Part shown: in pieces, positions 1 through 7,588 of the stretch
Numbering within the stretch: the stretch's first letter is position 1
Layout of the letters: every line of letters starts with the position of its first letter
Assembly (NCBI RefSeq): GCF_006345805.1
Contig: NW_021828183.1
Span: 1 to 8,960, forward strand
Reading direction: 5' to 3'
From: Octopus sinensis
Taxonomy: Eukaryota
DNA: 8,960 nucleotides
Made by a program: the position numbers and the translations under genes
The notes under the pieces: generated by a model
What the model was told of the DNA's origin: nothing
Databases searched by the model: none
The model's input: the letters and a program-made list of their open reading frames with translations, nothing else

Positions 1-101
1 TGAATTAGCCAACTATATCTTTCACATCAGGAAATTCCAGAGCAGGAAGTGATATAAAGTAATTACCGTAACAGAAAATCCTCACTTAATTATCAGCTTG
101 C

Positions 102-188
102 CACCCAATGTGTTTATGTAGCAGTATATACACCCAGTGTGTATATGTGGCAGTATATACACCCAATGTGTATATGTGGTAGTATATA
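102..188. repeat. 29-bp minisatellite, 3 tandem copies (CACCCAATGTGTATATGTGGCAGTATATA-like)
   Basis: Units read directly at 102-130, 131-159 and 160-188, with 1-3 substitutions between them. Confidence 0.9.
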
Positions 189-516
189 TGACGTGCATAT
201 ATGCATACGTAAATATACATACATGCATGTATGCATACACTCATATACATACATAAACGTACATGGGATCATATGTACACCGACATACATATATATGTAC
301 ATGTACACATGCATACACATATATATTTATACATATATATGGATATATACATACACACACACACACACGCGCGTGAGCGTCTTATTAATAATTTGCATGT
401 ACCTCGTTTTTTTGTGTTTTTTCTCCATTTTTTGAGGGATTACACACACACAGACACACACACACGCGCGCGCACGCACACACGCGCACACACACACACA
501 CACCCACACACACACA
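189..516. repeat. Compound degenerate (TA)/(TACA)/(CA)/(CG) microsatellite region
   Basis: Purine-pyrimidine alternation with (CA)n runs at ~353-368 and ~442-516. It accounts for the H/T/Y/I/C/V-rich spurious ORFs at 114-524. Confidence 0.9.
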
Positions 517-2203
517 GAGTGTAGCCCCGCTTATTCGCGGTTCGGCATTCGCAGTCCCGGTTATTCGCGGAACTGATAATTGTTTCCAGAAGCAACCGCA
601 TATTCGCGGAATCGTAAATATCGTCCGTGATTTTTTTTATGCCATTTTTCGAGGCAATATATACTTTTCCACAATTTTTATGGCTAAACTATTAATAATA
701 ATACACCGTATTTTCCGGTCTACTGGACGTCCCTTCGCAACTGAAGATCCCTCTGGTGAGAATAGCCTCGCATCACGTCGCTTGATTTTTTTTTTAGATA
801 CAAGTACACTGTATCTTGTATCTCTTATTCCTGTTTTCAATCAAAGCTTGCTAATTCGTACAGCGACAACCAACGCAAGTTTTAAAATCAACGCTACATT
901 TGATCATACACAATGTTTATTTCAATAGGATAATTTTTAAGATCGTGAGTCAATATAGCCTCATGGTAATTAGGTTACTTGCTGGTCCCTCCCTCCCTCT
1001 CGCACTCTCTATTATTATTATAGTATAAATTACTCTATCAAGTGGTAATACATACTAAATTTTCAAAGCCATCATTATTCTTAATCTCTGCTCAATTTCC
1101 CCATTTGTGGTATGCGCATACTAGACGCAATGAAGATGTTTTGTAGGGTTTTGGGGGGTGGGGGAAACTGCTTCTAATAGCTATCTCCAGTATTTTGTTG
1201 GGTGCTGTGTTTTTCGTAGCGTGTTAATAAAGCCCTAAGATGCCGCCCAAAGGCCCTACACCTTTTGAGATTTCTGGTAGTGAACCTAAGCGCCAGAAAA
1301 ATGTTATGACGCTCCATGAGAAGGCACAGTTGCTGGATATGTTCCGGGAAGGTAAAAGTTAATGCTGCAGTAGATCGCTATTAAGTTGTCGAAGGAAAGC
1401 ACCATACGCTACACAAAGAAGAACGAGGTGGCGATCAGGACTACCGTAGCAGTAAGTTTCTGTGAAAGTGCCAAAAGATAACGATAATGAGAAATGAGCA
1501 CTTCGTTAGGATGGGTTCTGCTTTGGTATTGTGGATCCGTGACTGCAAGAAGAAAAACACCGCCTTGAGCGGTAACATCATCCGCGAGAAAGCGCGGACA
1601 TTATACCAGCAGTTCGACAGAGGAGACGGAGCAGAAGGCACCGAAGAACCGCAACCAAGACCATTGAAAGCACCGGAGCCCGAAGATTTTCAAAACCAGC
1701 AAGGGATGGTTTGACCGTTTATAGAAACGGTTTAAAATAAAGTGTTTCCCTGCATGGAGAGACAGCATCAACGGACAAAAAAAGCCACCAAGAAGTACCT
1801 CAAGACCTTCAGGTAGATCATCGAGGACAAGAGATACAAGCCGGAACAGGTTTTCAGTATGGACGAGACTGGCTCGTTCTAGAAGAAGATACCTTCCAGA
1901 ACGTGCATAATGAAGGATGAAGCCAGAACCCCAGGATTTAAGGCACAGAAAGACAGACTGAAGCTAATTACGTGTGGCAATGCTGCTGGCTTCATGATGA
2001 AATCAGGACTCATTTACAAGTCCGCGAACCCGAGGGCCTTCTAAGATAAGAATAAAAATCTGCTGCCTGTCCACTGGATGCACAACCCCAAGACCTGGAT
2101 TACCAAAAGTCTAACTTTGAATTGGTTCCATCAATGTTTCATCCCTCAAGCCAAGGAATATCTCCAAAATGTTTGCGTGGAATTCAAGGTGTTGCTTCTT
2201 GTG
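517..2203 (+). mobile_element. Tigger/pogo-family (Tc1/mariner superfamily) DNA transposon, decayed and 3'-truncated
   Basis: Left-end-like sequence GAGTGTAGCCCCGCTTATTCGCGG (~517-540) is followed by subterminal repeats of (T/A)TATTCGCGG at 531-540, 561-570 and 600-609, plus a variant at 545-554. A pogo transposase pseudogene follows at 1240-2203. No matching right TIR (CCGCGAATAAGCGGGG) was found in the window. The exact left boundary is blurred by the (CA)n tract. Confidence 0.8.
1240..2203 (+). pseudogene. Tigger-like (CENP-B/pogo) transposase pseudogene: N-terminal HTH, Tc5-type HTH and the first half of the DDE_1 domain
   Basis: Manual translation across frames gives MPPKGPTPFEISGSEPKRQKNVMTLHEKAQLLDMFREGKS, then ...STIRYTKKNEVAIR..., VRMGSALVLWIRDCKKKNTALSGNIIREKARTLYQQF, SKGWFDR, YKPEQVFSMDETGSF*KKIPSRT, GFKAQKDRLKLITCGNAAG and LPVHWMHNPKTWITKSLTLNWFHQCFIPQAKEYL...FKVLLLV. 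DETG (first catalytic Asp) is at 1862-1873. Stops occur at 1360-1362, 1880-1882 and 2042-2044, and there are several frameshifts. The sequence ends just before the expected second catalytic Asp (LLL-DN). Confidence 0.92.
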
Positions 2204-2244
2204 CGTTGACTAGCTTCAGCTAACGAAGCTAGTCAACACACAAG
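2198..2244. repeat. 20-bp inverted repeat (1 mismatch, 7-nt loop) at the transposase breakpoint
   Basis: CTTGTGCGTTGACTAGCTTC (2198-2217) pairs with GAAGCTAGTCAACACACAAG (2225-2244), with loop AGCTAAC. Confidence 0.9.
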
Positions 2245-2458
2245 ACAGCTATTATGCTCCCCCACCACAAAAAGCCATCACGTGGACTCTGTTGAGAGTA
2301 ATAAGAAACAATTATGAACTTTTTTATTACACTTAACTTTTTTAAATATTTTGGATAAGGTTCATTTTTCCAAGAAGAACCGAAACATGTAAAATTTCTA
2401 AGAAAATTAAAATTTATCTTATATAGTAGCGTTTTCAAACTTCTTTTTATATATACTA

Positions 2459-2854
2459 CTAGCAGTATCGCCCGGCGTTGCTCGGGTTTGTAAGGGAAAT
2501 AACTATATAAGCATTTTTAGAGATGTAAAGTATAATAGCCATCTCAATATGGCGAACCACAAAGGGGGGGTGTTACTGTAGCTTTTTACGTTCTGAGATT
2601 TAATAATACATTTTTAGAGAGTTACTTCCCTTATATAATAGCAAAAAATGCATTAAAAATGGGAAAAAAATTATGGTAATTTTTTTTTTAATCGTAGACT
2701 CATCGTAGACGCGCGCTAATACCCATAAGGGCTCGATATGAATCACGACTATAAGATACCCGCTTTTTGGTTACACTGCACCGCACAATGTGGGAGTAGT
2801 TAGGAATCTAAATCGTAGGAGACAGACACACAACTTCACTTTTATATATAAAGA
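2459..2854 (-). mobile_element. Non-autonomous Helitron (396 bp), copy 1
   Basis: On the minus strand it starts A|TCTTTATATATAAAAGTG (TC at 2854-2853) and ends with the GC hairpin CCCGAGCAACGCCGGG (2486-2471), an 8-nt spacer and CTAG|T (2462-2459). These are canonical Helitron termini inserted between A and T, with no TSD. A second related copy lies at 6498. Confidence 0.88.
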
Positions 2855-2891
2855 TATATGTATATATATGTATATAATATATATATATATA

Positions 2892-3712
2892 CAGCTTGCA
2901 GGTGGTGAACGAGTTCACTTACCTGGGATCGACGGTCTCCAGTAGCCTGTCCCTCGAGCCGGAGCTGAACAGACGGATTGGGAAGGTTGCTGCTGCCATG
3001 GCTAAGCTCTCCAGGAGAGTGTGGGAAAACAACATGCTCACAATAACCACCAAGATCGCAGTGTACCGAGCCTGCGTGCTGAGCACCCTACTCTACGGCA
3101 GCGAGAGCTGGACAACATACACCCGGCAAGAATGCCGCCTCGGCGGCTTCCACATGCGGTGTCTTCGACGGATCCTTGGCATCTCCTGGAAGGACCGAGT
3201 ACCAAACGGAGTCATCCTAGAACAGACTAATATGCCAAGCATGCATGTCCTCCTCGTGCGGAGACGACTGCATTGGCTCGGACATGTCTGCCGCATGCAG
3301 GACGGTCGCATGCCTAAAGACATCCTGTACAGCGAACTCACCACGGGATCCCGACCCAAGGGACGTCCACAGCTACGATACAGGGATGTGTGCAAGCGCG
3401 ACCTGAGGACTGCCAACATCTGTGTGGACACGTGGGAGGTAACAGCTGCTGACCTCTCTGCCTGGCATCGGACAGTGAGGAAAGGCGTTTCCATGGCTGA
3501 GGAAAGGAGGGCACAGCTGTGGTCGGACAGGCGGGACAGGAGGAGGACAACTGCAGCAACACCCCACACGTACCCATCGATGTTCGTGTGCAGCAACTGT
3601 ACCAGGGACTGCCACTCTAGAATCGGACTGTTCAGTCACAGCAGACGCTGCTCATCATCAAAGTAGGCCCCACCCTTGGCGCGACCCATTGTCTATCAAG
3701 ACAGACGGGAGA
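2892..3712 (+). mobile_element. 5'-truncated RTE-clade (BovB-like) LINE with short 3' UTR and candidate TSD
   Basis: It encodes the RT C-terminal region plus the RTE-type C-terminus. The 3' UTR (3667-3712) has the small stem-loop TGTCT-ATCA-AGACA. Identical flanks TATATAATATATATATATATA at 2871-2891 and 3713-3733 include the same AA interruption of the (TA)n tract. Confidence 0.9.
2896..3666 (+). pseudogene. C-terminal ~256 aa of an RTE/BovB-type LINE ORF (end of RT/thumb plus C-terminal Cys/His motif); 5'-truncated, reading frame uninterrupted
   Basis: Motifs seen are (L)QVVNEFTYLGS, ELNRRIGK...AMAKL...VW, TKIAVYRACVLSTLLYGSESWT, FHMRCLRRILGISWKDRVPN, RRLHWLGHVCRMQDGRMPKDILYSEL..G.RPKGRP.LRYRD and C-terminal CSNCTRDCHSRIGLFSHSRRC. 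These are typical of RTE-clade ORFs. The endonuclease and RT catalytic core are absent. The track's initial M is a TTG codon, not a true start. Confidence 0.92.
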
Positions 3713-3790
3713 TATATAATATATATATATATATTATATATATATATACATACATACATACATGCATGCATGCATACATACATATATCAT

Positions 3791-3838
<48 letters not shown>

Positions 3839-3895
3839 CACACACACACACACACACACCACACACATATATATATATATATATACATTATTATA
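3713..3895. repeat. Compound (TA)n-(TACA)n-(CA)n-(TA)n microsatellite
   Basis: Read directly; the long (CA)n tract is at ~3794-3867. Confidence 0.95.
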
Positions 3896-4117
3896 TAAGG
3901 TTAAAAGTCTCTCTTGAGTGCTGCTGGTAGCATATATCCTCCCTACAATCTCTTGCACTGCCTTGGATAAACTGCGGACATCCTGCGAGATAAAATACAT
4001 AAGACCCGTTAAAGAGTGAACGAAGCCAGGAGAGAACGGCCGTGGATTTGTGTGCAAATGTGTTTCCTGAAAATCACTATTGACTTGGAGGTATCTTGTG
4101 GTTTGAAAGGTCTAAGA

Positions 4118-4362
4118 CAGTCGTCCTGAGTCGTTTTTAGCTACTGGACCCTTTTAATTCCTATTTCACTTTACTGGACCCTCACAGATATTTGATGCTT
4201 TAAAAGTCTTGTAGTTGTATAATTAAATATTATTAGATATTGTATTTAAAAAATAGTGAAAATATTTTATTTATCGTTGAAGTATATATTTCTCATAATC
4301 TTTAACGACAAAATCTTATGTGAATCTCCAAGAGTGATGTGGACCCCAATTGAGAAGAACTG
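4118..4362. mobile_element. Old hAT (Charlie-like) MITE, ~245 bp, with 8-bp TSD
   Basis: Degenerate TIRs CAGTCGTCCTGAGT (4118-4131) and ATTGAGAAGAACTG (4349-4362) resemble the CAGTGGTTCTCAA hAT-Charlie terminus. The flanks GTCTAAGA (4110-4117) and GTCTGAGA (4363-4370) match at 7/8, fitting an 8-bp hAT TSD. Subterminal TGGACCC motifs occur at ~4145, ~4175 and ~4340. Confidence 0.7.
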
Positions 4363-5185
4363 GTCTGAGAGAAGGCATTCAAAAATAACATTAGGTTTTG
4401 CTACATAACCATTTATTAGCTATAATTACAATTAATTCTAACTACTCTTGTTCATTAACCTAGTAACTATAGGCTTTTGTGTAACAGCCGGATCCCTGAA
4501 TTCAAGTTCTAAGTTAATTGCAAAGATAACAGAGTTGCGGTTTATATGATTAATTTACCAGTAGTCAAAAACAAGGACGTCTTTAACTATCCGGTAACCT
4601 AATAAATAACATTGTGTAACACGATTTTTGTCCTCGGGTAGCAACTGTCACTTCCTGTTTGCTTACCTCTGGAGAGTATGAAAAATGGCAGTTTCCTTCA
4701 AGCTTTGCTTTTGTTACATTTATTCAAACCCTAAAGAATCCCTCTCAATACAAGACTCTGATGCTCCTCCACTACTCCCGCTCATGATCAGAGATGCACA
4801 TATTGTCAGTCACTAAGGGACAAACTCAAGTGGTTAAGGTCAAATCACTCACAAGCAAATCTCTGGTACTGAGCGGAATATTTGCTATAACGATGTTTCT
4901 TACTCGGCAACTCAACGCTGAATCTGTGTGAAATGCAATGGAAAATAGGACAGTTTCAAAACGTTGATGTCCAGATCACAAAAGCAAATTTTGAATGGAA
5001 CGGTAGTTATTTCCTTTGATTTCTAGACAGAACCAAATAGGAAATAACATTTACTGACCAAAGACGAGGAAAAAAAAAACCCAGAAAAAAAAGAAAATTT
5101 CCTATCGCATTTGATTTAGCTATATCTAAATTATGATCTAGATGTCGTGTTGCGATTCCTACAAGTCAACACTGATGATCAAAAG

Positions 5186-5204
5186 ATATATATATATATA
5201 TATA
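5186..5204. repeat. (TA)n microsatellite
   Basis: Read directly. Confidence 0.9.
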
Positions 5205-5550
5205 ACCAAGTAAAATTGGAAGGTACCGCACGTGTAAAAATTTATAGGAAGAGGATTTGAAAATGCAGCGGCCTTTTAAAGATGTTTATTGACTTGACTG
5301 GTTTCAGTTTAAAAAAAAAAAATTTTCAGAAGTAAAGTGCAAGACTTTGTGTAGCCTTTGCGGCGTTAAAAATTAGTTAACATAGATGTATTAAAATCCA
5401 GGGATAGAGTATTTGGCAATGCTAAAAAAAATGCTAAGAAATAGAATCTTTGACAATGATAAGAAAATGTTAAGAGAGGCTTTGTGTTTAAACTGTTTAC
5501 ATAAAAGGTGTTCAAAATAGGCAGTAAAATAGGTTCAAAATTGTTTATAA

Positions 5551-5672
5551 TTCATCAGAAATCATAATTGGTTATAAGCATATATACAGAAAGAATTTGT
5601 AGACAGTATTTGATAGGAGAAAGCGTGTATTGCTTTGTCAAAAGTTCATCAGAAATCCTAATTGTTTATAAG
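5551..5672. repeat. Dispersed 28-bp direct repeat (2 mismatches, 94-bp offset)
   Basis: TTCATCAGAAATCATAATTGGTTATAAG (5551-5578) versus TTCATCAGAAATCCTAATTGTTTATAAG (5645-5672). Confidence 0.8.
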
Positions 5673-5696
5673 GATTTTAGAGAGGAATGACCAAAC

Positions 5697-5733
<37 letters not shown>

Positions 5734-5745
5734 AGGGGAGAGGAA
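5697..5745. repeat. (GA)n microsatellite
   Basis: Read directly; slightly interrupted. Confidence 0.95.
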
Positions 5746-5894
5746 GAAAAGGATCTTCTAAGAATCCATAAATCGGAACTATAATGCACTCGTATATTTA
5801 TCGGTAGAGTGAATATACTTCGATTAATATATATGTGCATATCCATAAATTAAAAAATAAATAAGAAACATACATTGTGTACAGGACATCACCA

Positions 5895-6005
5895 ACACAC
5901 ACATATACATACACACACACATACACACATGCACATAATATATATAATTCTAATATATATAATATATATAATATATTATATATAGTTATATATATAATAT
6001 ATATA
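5895..6005. repeat. Compound (CA)/(TA) microsatellite
   Basis: Read directly; degenerate. Confidence 0.9.
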
Positions 6006-6395
6006 TTAGCAACGCCAGAACGTACGCGAGCAAGACAATGAAAAGTACAAAATATAGATGATTCACATACATGTTTCACTATTAACATATTACGTAATTT
6101 TTACTTACGCAATCTGTCTTCGCTTTGGCGCACTAATTTAGCGCGCCAAAACGAAGACTTTTGAAAAATAACCGCAAGTGTAACAGGTAGAACTAGATAC
6201 AGTTTTGCCCTCGTGCAGACGTCTCCGTATATAGTTCTGCAAATTATATTTGTATAGACGGTCACACTGAGAATCTACGGACAGATTGTCTAAGTAAAAA
6301 TTACGTAATATGTTAATAGTGAAACATGTATGTGAATCATCTATATTTTGTTACTTTTCATTTGTCTTGCTCGCTTATGTTCTGGCGTTTGCTAA
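6006..6395. mobile_element. Long inverted-repeat element (foldback/MITE-like): arms 6006-6136 and 6138-6158 + 6283-6395, with a 124-bp insert in the right arm
   Basis: 6006-6118 is the reverse complement of 6280-6395, differing by 3 single-base indels and 4 substitutions. 6116-6136 is the reverse complement of 6138-6158 with 2 mismatches. The inverted repeat is certain; the transposon identity is inferred and no clear TSD was found. Confidence 0.75.
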
Positions 6396-6497
6396 ATTTT
6401 TCTTGAGAACATTTCTTAGTGGTAAGACCATAGCGGATCTACTTCTACGATAAGGGTTGTCGACATACTGGTCATCCCTCTCATTTGTATATATATA

Positions 6498-7017
6498 CTA
6501 GCAGTATCGCCCGGCGTTGCTCGGGTTTGTAAGGGAAATAACTATATAAGCATTTTTAGAGAGTTACTTCCTTTATAGATGCCAATTCGGGCTTTCTTAG
6601 CCATTTCTGTTTTGGTGTCTTCAAGCCATGAAGTCGTTGTTCTAAACGAATGCTGGTCTCCTTGACAACGCATTACGACGTTGATTTCCTTAAACTCCCT
6701 TCCCCACAGCTTCACGAGGGGGAAGAAGGGGAGAAGCAAACACAGGTGCAGGTGTTTTTAGCGTGGACGCCAACTCCGCCGCCATCGACACACGAAAAAT
6801 TATGCATTAAAATGGAATAAAAATGATGTTAAATTATTTTTTAAATCGTAGACTCATCGTAGACGCGCGCTAATAGCCAGACGGCTCGATATTAATCACG
6901 ACTATAGATACCCGAATTTGGTTAAACTGCCCGCAAATTTGGGAGGTTAGGAATCTAAATCGTAGGAGAAGACACTCACACAACCAGTTTTATATCTATA
7001 TATATATAATATTATTA

Positions 7018-7065
<48 letters not shown>
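6498..7065 (-). mobile_element. Non-autonomous Helitron, copy 2 (same termini as copy 1, different interior)
   Basis: 6498-6562 is identical to 2459-2523 (CTAG end and hairpin at 6510-6525). 6844-~6995 aligns to 2690-~2848. The 5' terminus is uncertain: it is either lost near 6995 or is the GA|T at 7064-7066 after an expanded (TA)n tract. Confidence 0.85.
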
Positions 7066-7151
7066 TCTATATATATATATATATATACACGATATAGCGC
7101 GCGCGCACGCACACACACACACACACACACGCACACACACGCACACATATA
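6991..7151. repeat. Compound (TA)n-(GC)n-(CA)n microsatellite
   Basis: Read directly; it overlaps the probable 5' end of Helitron copy 2. Confidence 0.95.
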
Positions 7152-7384
7152 TCACTGATCACAATACGCTTTGCATCGCTTTAGCTGTTGAATGATGCCA
7201 CCCTACTGACTAGGCAAACCGCGGGTACTGTAGTAGCTCTTCGTAACATTCCAGGTTACAGCTAACCGCATCAGGTAGTAAGTAATAAACATCAGTGATC
7301 ACTTAGTATGACCAAGTCCGGATTTGCTTCGCTGGTTTTGGAATATTATCAGGAGTGTAAATTTCAAACAATTACAAAGAATGA

Positions 7385-7415
<31 letters not shown>

Positions 7416-7453
7416 TATATATATATATATATATACTATATATATTATGTATA
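7385..7453. repeat. (GT)n-(TA)n microsatellite
   Basis: Read directly. Confidence 0.95.
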
Positions 7454-7500
7454 TCTGCGTCGCTTTAAAAGTATATACTGTGAGCAAGAGCGAGTGGCTG

Positions 7501-7588
7501 CCATTTCTAGCCGGCGATTGTCCTATACCGACGAAGGAAATTACCCAGGAAACCATTGGTCTACAGGTATCGCTACGGCTAGAAAGGG
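7501..7588 (+). ncRNA. Type I hammerhead ribozyme-like motif (variant or degenerate), predicted cleavage after GUC at 7561
   Basis: In order: stem I 5' strand CCTATA (7522-7527), core CCGACGA (7528-7534; consensus CUGANGA), short stem II GG/CC with loop AAATTAC (7536-7546), GAAA (7549-7552), stem III ACC-ATT-GGT (7552-7560), C17 (7561), then stem I 3' strand TACAGG (7562-7567; 5/6 pairs, in exact register). Stem I extends through GCGAT/ATCGC and TTTCTAGCCG/CGGCTAGAAA. Deviations are U4->C and an unpaired base of stem II. Confidence 0.6.

Noticed and set aside
102-188. Regularly spaced 29-bp repeats as a possible CRISPR array
   Set aside because: The units are directly tandem with no unique spacers, the context is eukaryotic and there are no cas genes.
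114-524. Four 62-98 aa ORFs rich in H/T/Y/I/C/V/M
   Set aside because: They are translations of microsatellite DNA, as are the ORFs at 3676-3930, 5798-6088, 7299-7453 (the repeat-derived parts) and 8182-8894.
3021-3639. Alternative-frame and antisense ORFs (69-167 aa) overlapping the RTE ORF
   Set aside because: They are shadow frames of a GC-rich coding sequence with no independent motif.
4649-4660. ETS-like CAGGAAGTG sites (minus strand here, plus strand at 43-51) and isolated GTAAGT donors at ~7277 and 8237
   Set aside because: These are short motifs with no supporting promoter or exon context.
4727-4890. Segment resembling an octopus interspersed repeat from memory (a similar impression at ~7150-7225)
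   Set aside because: It is single-copy in this window with no TIR, TSD or promoter boxes. It cannot be supported without a repeat-library search.
5172-5178. CTGATGA here, and on the minus strand at ~5552-5558 and ~5646-5652, as further hammerhead cores
   Set aside because: None is followed by a stem II plus GAAA plus stem III/UH arrangement.
6138-6147. GCGCGCTAA shared between the palindrome centre and both Helitron interiors
   Set aside because: It is only 9 bp with no flanking homology, so there is no basis for a relationship.
7220-7233. CCGCGGGTACTGTA as the missing right TIR of the Tigger element
   Set aside because: The match is short, does not complement the left end at 517-540 well, lies 5 kb away and lacks subterminal repeats.
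7151-7299. 9-bp inverted repeat ATCACTGAT / ATCAGTGAT
   Set aside because: It is too short, does not extend, and is compatible with chance.
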